Assembly: GCA_001244265.2 (NCBI GenBank)
Contig: CDLV01000011.1
Coordinates: 496,001 to 560,000 of the forward strand
Length of the DNA stretch: 64,000 bases
Origin: Microbotryum violaceum
Lineage: Eukaryota
Direction of reading: 5' to 3'
Shown here: in pieces, positions 38,512 to 51,819 of the stretch
How positions within the stretch are numbered: the first letter of the stretch is position 1
Layout: each line of letters begins with the position of its first letter
Notes under the pieces: model-generated
Seen by the model: the letters and a program-made list of their open reading frames with translations, nothing else
Told to the model about the DNA's origin: nothing
The model's database searches: none
Program-made: the position numbers and the translations under genes

Positions 38512-40530
38512 TTAATTTGTCTTGAGCTCCTGAAGATCCTTCTGAACGTCCTCAACCTCTTTCGGCGTTGTCTTTCCAGTCGTCTCATGCAACTTTCGCA
38601 GTAGTTCATCATCACCTTCATCCGCCGTCCCGAACCCATCATCCCCACTGCTCTCCCCCGTCGATTCCTTGGCCTTCTGAGCAGCCATCACCATCCTCCT
38701 CGTCGCGATCAACGTTCCAACCGTCGACTTCCACTTTTTCCTCGAGTTCCAATTCTCCCTCAAGCCGCCCAGATCATGTTCCTGGCTCGGTTCGTGGGAA
38801 GTGACCCATCGGTGCTTGAGCGCTTGTTCGGCCGTCGGTCTTTCGGCGGGGTCGGGGCGTATCAGCATCTTGATGAAATCTTTGGCTTCAAGCGATATTT
38901 TGCTCCAGTATTGTTCGTGGCTGGTGAAAGCCAAACGATTCGATCCCGGCGATTAGTTCAGGCTCAGCGGTGACCGATCGAGACGGACGGTCGACCTCAC
39001 AATTGCACGTTAGCGGCCTTGCATTCCTCGATCAAATCGCGTATCTCTGTTCTTCTCCAAGGCCCATAACCGCACAGCAAGGTGTAACAGATGACACTGC
39101 GAACGGTGCTAGCGATTCGTCAGCGCCCCCGCGGGCCTCGAGTCGAGTCGGTATGGCTCACCCAACAGACCACAGGTCGACTGCCGGGCCGTGACCGGTC
39201 TGTGTCAATACTTCTGGCGCTAGATATGAATCGAGAAGGACCCTGTAGTTAGTGACGCTACATCTTCGCCTGCTTCCCGGTCGCACGAGGGGCTTACCGG
39301 CATATCCGGGCGACCCAGCAAGACTGGTCAAAATCTCGCCGTCATCCCAATGCTTGGCGATACTGAATTGAGAAGGAGGTTCATATAGGTTTTTTGACCG
39401 ACGAAAACCGGGCTCTCGACTCACCCAAAATCGGCAATCACCAAATCGTCACCATTCGGCTCCAAGCTGTCAAGGAAGAGTGATGATGCAATGAGCACGC
39501 GTAGTGTTACGCAGATCCGCTCCAAACAACGTACTATATGAGATTCTCGGGCTTGAGATCGCGATGTACGACGTGATGGGCATGCAGGTACTTGACGCCT
39601 TCGAGGATCATGCGGACGATTTTGACGGCGTCGGCCTCTGTAAATTTGCCTTGTTCGGCGATGCGCTCAAACAGCTCTCCCCCCGATGCGAGTTGGAAGA
39701 CGAGATAGAACTTCTCTCGCGACTCGAAGGATTCGTAGAATTTGACTGTGGGCCGGTGGAGTTCGTGGTTTAGAGCCCCGGCTGCCGACCTGAGAGATCC
39801 AGGAAGGTGTGTACTGACCAATGTTGGGATGGTCCAAGCCATCGAGTAGTCGGATCTCATCGAACACGTCGCCAAGGTTTCCCTTGACCTGTTTCTTTCT
39901 GTGAGCGGATGAAACGGTAAGGCCGAGGCTGGTCAGTGATCTGGTGGGGGAAGTTTCCGATAGCCGACGGGTCTTGCGGGACGAGACTGACTTGATGACC
40001 TTGACGGCTACTTCGAGCTTGGTACCGTCCTGTCGAGTCCATGTTGCTTGCCTGACTTCACCAAATGCACCTTGTCCCTGCGATGAAATGAAAACCAACA
40101 CGATGGCGCGTGAATTGGGTAGGCACGGCTTTATCGTCACGCGTGAGAGTCGCAGCAAGCTCCGACGGAACTCTACCCCGAGAGGTCAGAGGGGAGGATA
40201 GAGAGCATGTGGACGCACAATGACCTTGTGGAATTTGTAGTTGGCTTTCAGCTTGAATGATTCTGCTCGAGTGACAGACGAGGAGCGTGCGGGTTTAGCG
40301 ATAGATCGCACGAGCCTGTAGGAGGTGCAGCCGCAGCGTGTGGGGGAGGTTCGCCCAAGTGCTGACCGCGTCCGCCAGGCCACGCGATGGCAGCCACCTC
40401 AGAGGTTCCCACCGGCACGTCACTGACCAGGCTGTACAGGAAAGAGACAGTTATGTCAGCTGTAAGAAGGCCGGGGTGCATGATGCGGTCGTGTACTGAC
40501 CTGCTTGCCAAGACCTTCGAGGAGACCCAT
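38512..40530 (-). CDS. CMK1: Ca2+/calmodulin-dependent protein kinase (CMK1/2-like), spliced
   Basis: [40 protein letters not shown], basic CaM-binding NSRKKWK. Confidence 0.92.
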
Positions 40531-41500
40531 CGAGATACGAGAACGAACACGTGCTTGCTTCTTGAGGACGAGAGGAGGTGCTTGCGTCGAATACGCGTTC
40601 AGGGTCGTATTTCTGGACTCGTAACCTGTCGGGGATGTAGGCGTCGTGACTGAAGTGGAGACGAGGGTGAAGAGACTGGGCAGATGCCGATATCGGTAGC
40701 GGGAAATGATTATTCACGTTACGGCCTAAAACCGAGTACGCGATTGGCCCGCTCACCCGCTCAGCACACGGCAGTGGGAGCTTTCTTGGGGGCGGTGCTG
40801 CAGCTGCAGATGCACTGCGAGTGCGTGATCGTCATGGCGTCTTATCTACTCCCAGTCCCTGGAAGAAACTGTTCGTGCATGAAGCGTACAAGCTCTGCAC
40901 ATGTCCCAGCGTTCATGGCAACTCCCCGTAGAGGTCCAAGCTCACAATTCGGGCGGGTGATGAACGCATGAGTGCTGTGTGCTTTAAGCTCCAAGCCACA
41001 GCAACGGGGCTTCTCGCTGGAAAAGGCCCTTCACATTGGCTATGTGGCTTGTGATTGATCAGGAGTGAGCGACCCTCCTTTTTCGTGTACATAACCAGAG
41101 ACTTCGAGCTCGTTTGATCAAAAAGTTATGCCTTTTTGAGATAAGAAGTACAATTCCAGCCTTTTTGCAATAGATCGCTTCGACGGAATTGCATCGGGCC
41201 CCTTTCTTGAGGCCGAAGCTCTGGGCCTGAAAATGCTAATATTTTTATAAAAGCTATGAAGCAGAAAGTAGACATATCATGTCGATGGCGATATTCTCTT
41301 GGACCCCCAGACGGACCGCTGAGGTGCGAAAATCGACGCTTAAACGAGATCGTCGCTCGGTGCTCGGTGCTCAGCGCTCAGCGCCGTCCAGCGTTGCTCT
41401 CTCACCCCTGCCACTCTCGGGTCCCACATCACTCGAAGGCCGCAAGGCAACGACGTCCATCGAACTTGGTTCCATCACTATCGCCATTACCTACTCCGAG

Positions 41501-43638
41501 ATGTCGCCAGCCCCCCATGCCTCAGCTCCTCGTGGCCAAGCGTCTGATGCCGAGGTCGACCATCCGACGGGAGAGGAGACCCCCTGCATCTCGAAAGGAG
41601 CGTCTATCTCCGAGGGCTCGAACGCATCAATCAGTGATCCAGCTACCAACACCACACCAGCCAAGAAGAAGCCCAAGACCGATTCTACCGGACATAATGG
41701 GGGCAGGCGCAAGGGCAAGCTTCGAGCGTTTCAGAATATGCCGATCGACATCCTTCTTGAGGTGAGTGGTTGTCGGATGCGCGTGTACGACATAAAGGCG
41801 TTAGCGTGTTCAACCGAGGAGCCCGTTGAGTCGAGTTCGACGCTCGAGACGTGAGAGCTCCCTAATACTACCGCGATCGTATATTTTCCAACCACTGAAT
41901 CATTGAAGCACACCTGGTCCCAAATCGCTTGCCAGATCGTGCTGCATCTCGATCCCGCCACGTTGATCTCACTTGTTCGCGCTGCTCGAATCTTCGCCCG
42001 CTTGCTGCTGCACGACGCCCACCGCCATGTCTGGCTCGCTGCGATGGAAAGGGCCCAGTTCCCCCACTTGGAGTCTCACGCCACGAGAGCGAATCCGCAC
42101 TCGATTCGCTATATTGCGCGAATTGTGTTCGACCCTTGCTGTCGTAAGTTCAGCTGCATTCAGGGTGGCAAAGACGCGCCCTGACTCTCGGATCTGGCCC
42201 CCTGTTGACGCCGCTCGATGCAGAGTTCTGCGATCGTCATCGCAAAGCACCCCTCGACCGCGCTCTATTAATCCGCGTCTGTAAGGAGTGCCGACATGCT
42301 CAAGTCAAGTCGCCCAAAAGGCTATCGTGCTATCATTTGCATCCTCGCGCCGAAGCTTGCTCGCTTGTCGCCTACGACTTCCCAGTTCCCAGACGCGGGC
42401 CTCAGGCTGTGTACAATCTCGACGAGATTTCGACCGTCAACTCAACCCTATTTCAAATCGACACATCGAGCACCCTCCAAAGCTCGATTGACCAAAAGTC
42501 GTTGCCCCTCGACAGGGCCTACTACCTGCCCAAACCCTCAGGAGACCCGCGCTCGGCAAGAGGGCTCGAAGACTACCTCAGGGACCGCGCAGAATATGTG
42601 GATGCGGTACAATCTGACGAAGCAAGTCTTGCTAGGTACGAGAAGGTATTGAAGGCGTTGAAGAAGCAAGACAGTGTGGACCTAGCGACTGTAAAGTCAC
42701 AATTGAAGGTACAAAGGCTCAAAGACATCACCCAAAGACTGGTCGCGGCTGGGGTGGACCCACGGGACGTCCCTGTCGAGCATTCGTTCCTGAACATTGC
42801 TCGACGAATGCCGGAAGCGAGTTGGGTAACCGCCAAAGATCGACTATTGCAAGCTTCCGAGTAAGCTAATCGACTCTGGTCACACCAGTTTTTTTCCCTG
42901 AACTCATCATCCTTTTTCATTCCGCACAGGCACAACAAAATTTCCCGCCTTCGCGGCGAGCGAGGTCGTGGATTTGCGCAGCGTTTGGCGGATTTCCTAG
43001 CGACCCAGATGACCGACCACGCTCTGACTATGCCCACGCTAAAAGACGTGCTGTTTGATGTGCGTGTGAAAGCGATGTGGCAACCGGCTCATGCGATCGT
43101 CGACGATTCGTCCTTCACGGTGAACCAGAAAGCTCTTCGTCAAGTCGTGATCGAGCTTTGCGCACCCAGGCGTTTGAGCTATTTTTGCATGGCTGCAGAC
43201 GCCATGAATCATCTACACTGCAGCGTTGACGCCAATCTGTTCAAAAAAGCGTGCCGTCTCGAACACTTCTGCTATGCTCGGGAGGGCGGCCATCGTGGCG
43301 AGGCTTTGAGCGAAGAAGAATTGCTCGTGGTGGACGCGGTGCTCGCCAATCCGCACATTCACTTCACGTGCTGCGCCAAGTCATGGACGTACGTGGAGCT
43401 TGAGGCCCACGTTGCAGAGACCAGCGCGCATCAGATGGGGAAGGCATTATTCGGGTGGAAAAGCTTTGATGAGCGCAATCTTCCCTACGAAAAGGTCAAG
43501 GCGGAATGCTCTCGCGAAGTCTGCCGCATCGTGAAAGACGTTGCCAAGGTGCTGCGCGTCGACCGGCCTTCATCCGCGGCGCTGAACAGCTTAGGGAGTA
43601 TTTTCATTTGCTCCTGTGGTTACGGGTCAATGACGTAG
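41501..43638 (+). CDS. F-box protein of lineage-specific family, spliced; probably truncated by a premature TAG
   Basis: KLRAFQNMPIDILLE/IVLHLDPATLISLVRAARIFARLL..VW F-box; Cys/His motifs downstream. Confidence 0.75.
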
Positions 43639-44063
43639 GATGAGGTGGTGCATCATCGTCTGCATGTGCACGCAGCGTGGCATGCCCGCGACGCTTGGTC
43701 GGGGGGCCTTAAGGTGCGCGGCGCCACCGTCTGGCTTAACGTTCGCGAAAGGCCGCCACGCATCGAAGTCATCCCAGGGAGTCAGAAGATTAGGTTTGTG
43801 TCGCTTTGAAGCTTGTTCGTACAAAGGTGTGTCTTGTGTCTGCTCAGATCGCTCAGCTTGTCAGCCAGCCATAGCAGTCAAAGACTGTTCAGCCCCTTCA
43901 TGCAATGCTACTCTACCGCTTAGATAATAGACTAGCCAGTTTACTGTCCCACACGTTGTGCCTCCCACTGACGAGCCAGCAGACTCTTCTTTCTGGGGTC
44001 GTCACCCTTGGGGAATGGAAGCACGAAACGTTACAACAATATATTATTTCAGACGCAGTCCCA

Positions 44064-46068
44064 TCATTGCGAGAATGCAGTATCCCCCTTAGCGCCGGCC
44101 CTCTTGGCCTTCCTATCCTTGACCCGATCCTTCTTCAACTGTCGTTTTTCCGCATCCTTCCTTTCCTTCTCCTCGTGATGTGTGCACGCACCCCGACTCA
44201 GTTCCTCCTTCCTGATGCTAGCGCAGCATGCCGAACAAGCCGAATGCGAGCATTTGTTGGCTGCGATATTGATGCAAGGTGAAGAGTCCTTCGTCGAATT
44301 GATGCACGGCGTCGTCTTGTCCTTGATCACGGGTGGGATCACAAATGCATCTAATGTCGACTCGTCCGTCCTTTTGGAGCGTTTCGCTTCCGTCGTTTCG
44401 TCAAGGGACGAAGGCGACGCTGCTCGTTTCCCATTCGTTTCAACTTGTATAACCAATTTGTTTTCGTTCTCGGCACTCGTCGCGGTCCCGGCGACGACTT
44501 GGTCTTCTTCGGGTTTCGTCACCCGGAGGTAAGGTTGCGCGTGGGAGTAGGGGACCACGCCGCCATAGGTAGCTTGGACTTCGGCGTGGGTCAAGGGCCG
44601 GAACGAGTTGGGTGGGAGGTGGCCTTCGACAAGGTCGGCCTGGAACAGCAATGTATGGGTCAGGATAAGAAGTATTTGATTCGTCGGACCACAGCAAGAA
44701 GGACTCACTTTGAACCTTCTTACAAACTCATTCACAATTTCCTGATACTCTGTAAGTTTGGCTTGATAGTCCAGCGACCTGCGACCTCCAGCTCTGCCCA
44801 ACAACTCCCTCATATCCAAATGCCTCTCGACGGCCCAAACAGGTCGGAACAACTTGAATAGATGCGCCTTGATCGCACTAATCGAGGTCTTGGTATGAGG
44901 AATAGTACTGACAATCGCCAAGTATTGCGCCGCCAACCACGTCGAAGGGGCGTAAGCAGCCATATCCCGATCCCATTCGACACCGGCCTCGAATTGTTCA
45001 TCGCATCTCGAAATGGCGAGTCGCATCTCCTGAGGAAGTTGGGCGAAATAGTCTCGTCCGGCTTTGGCGTTCACGGGGGAGAAGATCATGGGGTTGTAAA
45101 GGTTGCCTTCGGCGGACATGATCCCTTTCGCACCCGTTTCGGCGAGACAAGGTTCGACTTCTTCGGCGCTGGGGACACCTCCGTTCGCTAGGACGGGGAC
45201 GCGGGGACTGAGCAAGTCGACGACGGAACGGATCTTAGGCCAGGAGGCGAAACCTGCCAAGCGACCTTTGGCTTCCCGCGTCCGACCGTGGACGGTGACG
45301 AGTTGGGCACCGGACAAGTAGACGAGCGAGGCGTAGTCGAGCGTCTTGTCGAGCGTCGGGAAGACCCGCAGTTTGGCGATGACGGGGATCGCGAGGTGTT
45401 CGTGCAAATGTGAGACTGTGAGGGTGCCATCGTATCAGAGGAATTGACCAGGAATACGCTCACGGTCCCGTCCACTCACTCATGCTCTTGATCAAGTCCC
45501 ATTCTTCCATGAGAAAAGCGCCATAATGCCCCTTCTTGGCAATTCCCTGCGGGCACCCCAAATTCAAATCCACCGCATCGCACCTTCCAACAACCTTCTT
45601 TGCCGCCGCCAACCACTTGTCCTTATCGTTCGCGCAGAACTGGACGATCAGAGGACGATCATAGGGCGCGACGCCTTCGATTGATTCGGGAGAGCTGTCA
45701 AACTGCTCTTGTTCGTATTTGGGGTTGGAGCTGAAGAGCGCGGCGTGGAACATGGGGGTGTACGCGAGGTTGGCTCCATGTAGACGCGAGAGAATACGCC
45801 AGGCCTGCAGTGACACGTGTGATCAGTGTTTGCTCGGGCGATGGACCTGAGATCGCGAACCCCTATCCGGTAAGAAAGGATGCGACCGATGTGTAGGATC
45901 GCATGGAGTAGCGGATCGCATAGAGTACACACGTACCAATTCTGATTGGTCTACCATAGGCGCTACGACATATTTGGGTTGGTGTATGGACTGCCACCAC
46001 TCGTGGCCGCTGAGCTTGTCGTGCGAAGTAGCAGGAGGAGTGGGGAGCTCAGCTGCGGTGCAGACCAT
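44064..46068 (-). CDS. DUS1: tRNA-dihydrouridine(16/17) synthase, spliced
   Basis: [65 protein letters not shown]-terminal Cys/His cluster. Confidence 0.95.
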
Positions 46069-46274
46069 GGCTCTGGAGGAGGTTAAGAAAGGTTTGCAAT
46101 TTCCAAGGGGAGTCAAGATGATGGGAGGGTGTCCAAGTGGATGATGGACTTGGCACCGACAAAGCAACTGTCGCGAAGCTGCGAAAGGCGCCAGACTGGG
46201 CAGGACTGGGCGAGGCCGACGGCCAGGAGGTGTGGCAAGGGTATGAGCTTGTGCGCGCTGTGAGCGCAGGTGAG

Positions 46275-46349
46275 ATCTGAAATCTGAAATCTGAAATCTG
46301 AAATCTGAAATCTGAAATCTGAAATCTGAAATCTGAAATCTGAAATCTG
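46275..46349 (+). repeat. Perfect heptamer tandem array (ATCTGAA) x ~10.7
   Basis: Read directly. Confidence 0.97.
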
Positions 46350-46557
46350 CATTTTGAGATTTCTTGTTGGAATTTGGGTAATTTTGGCTCAAGAGTGCTC
46401 GGCCGAAAGCGCTGCAGGGAGCCTCAAGTGGCTTGCGCACCGTATTACAACTCTCCCAACAAACAGCTCCATCAGCAGGTCGGTCATACATTGCGTCTGC
46501 ACCCATCCCCAGCGTCTACCTGTCCCGCGACTGGCCAGACACATCACGTCGGTGCGT

Positions 46558-48164
46558 ATGACGTCGATCGGCGAACGACCGAGCACCGGGGCCGCCGCAC
46601 CGCCACAGCTGCACACCACCTGACAACCAAGAGCTGACATGCTTCCTTTTACGCTGCAGACATTTTCCAATCCGCTTGGCCAGTAGCCGCGTAAAGCGAG
46701 GCGACTCTCTCCCCGGCCAGCCACGGAACTTGCCGGCTGCAGCGAAAAGTCCACCGATTTGTCTTGCGGCGCTACAAGATGCCCGTAGAACTTCTTCCCT
46801 TTCCCCCTTCCTACTGTCTGGGTAAGTCAACACGAACGTTTCGAGGATGGGCGTCATCGACTGAAGCCCTCGCCCTCCCCTCGCGAGTCGCTGAACAGTC
46901 GGAGCCTACCGTTTGCTCCATGACCCCACCTTGAACCGACCCATCTGGGCACGTTCCCAAAAGACCCTCAAGCGCTTCCTCTTCGCCTGTGTCCCCTTCA
47001 TACTCATATCCTACCCTCTCACCCGTCTCTACGTCACCTTGATCCTCTCTCGATCGCCTTTTGCACCTGCCGCGATCCACGATGCCGCTTTCCTCGGCGT
47101 CAGTCCCGCCTTCTTTACGACTGTCACCCTCGTGCTTGGTCAGGTCAACGCTTTGCTTGAGTGGGCACTCAGGAGGGAACTCGCAAAGAGTAGGAAGGAG
47201 GTTTACGAAGCGACCGTCAGGTCAAGGGCAAAGGGTTGAGTCTTCTTCGATCCTCTGCTGGCAGTCCGTGGGAGGATTAGCCACTGACGAGAAGAACATG
47301 ATCTCTGCCTGGCGATGACCCTTCAGACAGCGAGTTTTGGCAACCCTACGTAGAGGAATGGGCTAGACCGCCCGTCGAAAGGGCACAGAGGAACTCCCAG
47401 AAACGAGCCTTCTACCTTCGACTCGCCTCACCTTTGGTGCGCATGTTCGTGCTCAGGGGTACGTGTCCAAGCGAATATGCTGCAATTCGGATTTCTTGCT
47501 GTCCGCTGACAATTGGGAATATTCACTCACCCGTACAGTTCTTCTCACGCCTCTTTCTTTCATCCCCGGGCTCGCAATCGTCGTACTATCAGCTCTCCGA
47601 TGCTTGACCCTAGGTCGATCCATGCACGAGCCAGTACGTCCCCGACAAAACTTTGGGCCCAAAACCCCAATCAAAACTGATCCGGCGCGGACCCTCACTC
47701 ATCGCAGTACTTTGCAGAAAAGAAGATGACGCCCTTTCAAATCGAACTCTGGATGGTCGAACGACAGAACGAGTACCGCATGTTCGGCTTCGTCGCCAGT
47801 CTATTGGAACGCTTGCCCTTGATTGGGATCGTGTTGACGATCTCAAATCGGATGTGAGTGGAAATACACAAAAGGACGTGCGTGAAGAGCTTTTCTCCTG
47901 AAGTCTTATGGTTCATTCTTCATACCCTCTCTCAGTGGAGCGGCGATGTGGTCCCATGACCTTGAGAAACGACAGCACGCTTTCGCCACGGGTGACATAA
48001 AGCCGACCAAAGTGTACGAATCAAAATTGGCCCAGATTCCAGCCTCGGATCTACCTGATAATTTTGCAGGTGGGTTCCCGGGCAAGAGGAAAGAGGAGGT
48101 CAAGTTGGTGCCACCGCCTTTACCGAAACGATCCGGTGGTGGGGAAGGGAAGAAGGAGCTCTGA
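46558..48164 (+). CDS. EI24/Lds1-Rrt8-like membrane protein, spliced (5' end uncertain)
   Basis: PLSFIPGLAIVV..GRSMHEP/YF.EKKM, YRMFGFVASLLERLPLIG..SNR.GAAMW.DLEKRQ. Confidence 0.75.
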
Positions 48165-48605
48165 CTTCGTCAATTTGCTTGAAGTTGTGCACATTCGAAG
48201 AAATGGGAAAATATGTCATCATTTGATGGCGGCCCATAATAAACGTCAACTTCAACCTGATTTGCATGGAGAATCCGCAAAAAGGCACGTGGTGTTGTGT
48301 CTAAGCAACTGCGAGATCGAAAAACAATCGCCTCAACGACTCATCAAAAACAAAGCGCAGATCACGAATGTGTTTGTGTGGGAAGGGGTGTTAAAATGAG
48401 AATAAACGAAGTGGAGAGAACAAAGCAGAGAGATCATACCCCAGCGTATTGCAGAAGGGGTCCTTTGATATCGTCGTTATATAAAGAGAACTGAAAACAG
48501 AATAATTCGTGATGGGGCATACGTTCCGGAACAGAGAACACCAAAAACCCCGAGGCGAAACGACCGATCATCCATCCGACGTCACAAAAAAAAAAGCCCC
48601 ATGCA

Positions 48606-50767
48606 TTACTCATGCCCATCAAACCGTCTCCAAGCCCCAATCTCCTCCTTACTCGACATGGTCCTCAACCCACCCCCACCACCGATTGAGCTTGTAGCCC
48701 CCGTACTCATACTCTCCTCACTCGTCGGAATCGGATCGCCTCCATTCCCATGCCTATTCGGACTCGGGTTCGACCCACTCGAATCGTAATACTCTTTAGG
48801 GACCGAAGGCACAGGAGGGGTCGCGTCGTTGTTACCATAGTCTGGATTCGCAAAGATGCTTTGGACACCTGGTCGGTAGGTTCTAGAAGGTCGAGGTGCT
48901 TGCAGGGATTGATAGCCATGTCGAAAATTCATGTTGGATCGACGGGAGCCCGGGTGGGTGTTGGAGGGTCGGATATCCGGCATTGATTTCTTGGCGTGCA
49001 AGGAGTAGACGTTGGTTGACACTGATTTGGTGAAGGAGCCCATGGGGCCGGAGCTGTAGGCTTGGTTCGAATACGATGTCGACGAAGTCGCTGCCGAGTT
49101 GAGGTACGAGTTGAGTGTATCCCGCGAAGGCTGAGGGATCAGACTGGACGCGGCATGTCTCAAAGCCTGTAGGGATTTCCCGTGCTTTTAGTCAGCCGCT
49201 ATAAGTCTCACTAATACTGTGGATGGTAACACCTACTCTGCTCGAAGCCATACCCCTCAGTGCCGGCGACTCGGACGCGCTGGGCTTGTACACAACGACA
49301 TGTCGATCCTCCCCTACCCCAACACTACGATGACCCAATTCCAACTTCTTCGCAACAAGATGGACGATCTTGCGCTGATTCGCCGACAGGGACCGAGCAA
49401 AAGCGAATTCTTCCCTCAAAAAATCGTCCTTGAAGACGACGACGCGCGAGTAAATATCGAGCGTTTGCGAGTCGTTCATATCAAGTTCGATCGGGCCAGA
49501 ACTACCACTTCGACCACCGCCGGACTCGGACCCGCTGCTGCTCGTCGTTTGGGTCATGCGCGCAGAGATACTCGTGCCGACATCGCTCGGTGGGCTGGTA
49601 CTGTACTGGCCCGAGGATGGCGCCGGCCCACTGCCGGAGGAAGTCGGGCCCGCGGGCGAAGACCCGTTAAAGCGACCCCATACCCCATCCCCGCCGTTCA
49701 TACCCGGTGGTGGAGGTGGTGGCGCAGGGACGTACTCCCTTGCTCCGAAGGTCGAGGCTCCACCTCCGAACGTGGAAGAATACGGCCCTTGGACCGGTCG
49801 CCCGTAATCATCGTCATCGGTGTTGATCGGCGCAACGTTGCCAAAGCCCCCTCGATCCGACGCCGTATGTTCTCTCCTCATCCAGACCGGTGGCGGTGGT
49901 GGTGGCGGTGGCCCCCCATCCGGTGCAAAGCTCCCACCACCCATGCCCATCGTCATTCCCACGCCGATCCCCATTCCCATCCCGTTGTGCAGTTCCCTCG
50001 TGGACCGCATCCGCTTCAACGCCTTCTCCCGCTCAATCTTTTCCTTCTCCCCTTCCTTGAGCACCTTTTTAAACTCTGCCCGAAGCTTGCGACCTTGGAG
50101 ATCGAATCCGTTGAGTGCCGAGACGCACAACGAGGCATCCGAAGCGTTGCGAAAGTTGGCAAAAGCGAGGCCTCGGAACTGCCCGTTGTCAAAGTGGTAA
50201 TTGAACGCGAAAGGGGCGGGTAGACGAAGATCCTCCTGTGCGACGGGTGAGGAGCCTAGGCCCATCAGTGGCTGAGTCAAGCAGACGGCCTCTAGAAGCC
50301 CAACGCACCATCACACCCAGCAGTTGCTCTTTTGGCACTTGGAAGGGAATGTTTTTGATGACGATCGCGGTGGGGATACTGCGCATCGAAAAGAGGACAC
50401 GGGCACATCAGCTTGGGGAGTCCCACAAGCACACGGAGCTGAAGGCACCTACACTTCATCATCTTGTGATGGTCCCCTCATCATGCCCGCATAGTTTGTT
50501 CCATCGAATCCGACTCCTGGCAGGGGAGCCATGCTCTGCTGGTGGTGGAGGTGCTGTTGCTGGTGGAGGTGGGGGATAGCATGTGGTGGTTGCTGCGGAG
50601 GCCTGGTAAGCCACTCGAGGGATGGATCGACTCGATGCGATGCGAACGATTGAGCGACATGTCGCGGTGCGGCCGATCCGTAGAATCGAGGCGCCATATT
50701 CGCGCCGCCTGCTCCGTTCGGCATGGAGGCAAAGTCGTAATCGAGCTTCCGGTACGAAGATTGCTGG

Positions 50768-50811
<44 letters not shown>

Positions 50812-51819
50812 CTGTTGTTGTTGTTGCGCTTGCTGATAGGAAGATGGCGGCGTTTGGTGGTTCGAGGCTTGGGTATTGAGGTATTGGCCGTTCAGATTCG
50901 GGTTCGACTGAGATGCATTGATGCCACTCGATTGGTAGCGATGGTGGTCCGAATAGGGGAGACCATGGGTGAACGAGTCCTCGGACAAGGAACGCTGGAC
51001 TGGCGGTGCGGATAAGCCACTATTGAGCTCAGATAGAGTGTAGGACGACAGGGGTATGGATTGCGCTTGGACAGGGGCCGGAGCGGGTTGAAAGGCGAAA
51101 GAGCTTGAGAGCGGCAGACTTGGCTGTGATGGTGGCGCCTGACTAGTCGCTGCTGAAGGTTGCGACTGCTGAGCTAGGGACGAGTCGGACTGGGATGTGG
51201 GTACCGAGAATCGTTGCGAGCGTTGCTGTTGAAAAGGGGGATATGAGCGGACGTTAGCTGGGCGCTTCAACTCACAGGACTGAGCAGACCATGGAGCCCA
51301 ATGTTGGCGCCATGTGACCACACGTGCAGATCCTTGGCGATCGCACGTGATCGATGGGCGACGTGTTTTCTGGTCGCTGACAAGCAGGTCCATGCAGGCC
51401 AGTCCATCGCACGTGATCGGCGAGGGGCGTCTTTTCTGGTTGCTGACGAGAGCTGACGAGCAGGTCCATGCGGGTCAAGCGCGGGTCCGCTCGCTCGCTC
51501 GCACCCTCGCATGCGCTAAAACACAGGAGGCTCTGTGCCCCTGGGGAGAGAAACGCGACATAGCACACACAAGCAAGAGCCCTAAGGCTTCAAAGCCGCA
51601 TGGTACATGATGACTGACCCTTCGCATGTCCGGGACAGCCAAGTTGTCGGCGTTGGAGCTGCTGGTCGGCAGTCGTGTGCCATGGCTCGGACTGGCCGCG
51701 GGCTTGTTGTTGGTTGACGAGCTGCTGGGACTGGCGCTGCTCGACGCGTCGATCGAGGCGTGCGCGCCGTGGTGCTGGTGCATCGACAGTCGGTCAAACG
51801 TCGACACCAGTTCCGTCAT
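48606..51819 (-). CDS. PIN4: RRM + R3H RNA-binding protein (PIN4/Cip2 family), spliced, poly-Q
   Basis: IPTAIVIKNIPF, PFAFNYHFDNGQFRGLAFANF, ELDMND, QRKIVHLVAKKLELGHRS. Confidence 0.92.
50762..50826 (-). repeat. CAG/CAA coding microsatellite (poly-Gln)
   Basis: Translates [22 protein letters not shown]. Confidence 0.95.

Noticed and set aside
45823-46506. ORFs with FRFQISD repeats
   Set aside because: Translation of the non-coding heptamer array; no spacers, so not CRISPR-like
49219-51015. Long plus-strand ORFs including a poly-Leu stretch
   Set aside because: Antisense shadows of PIN4 and its poly-Gln tract
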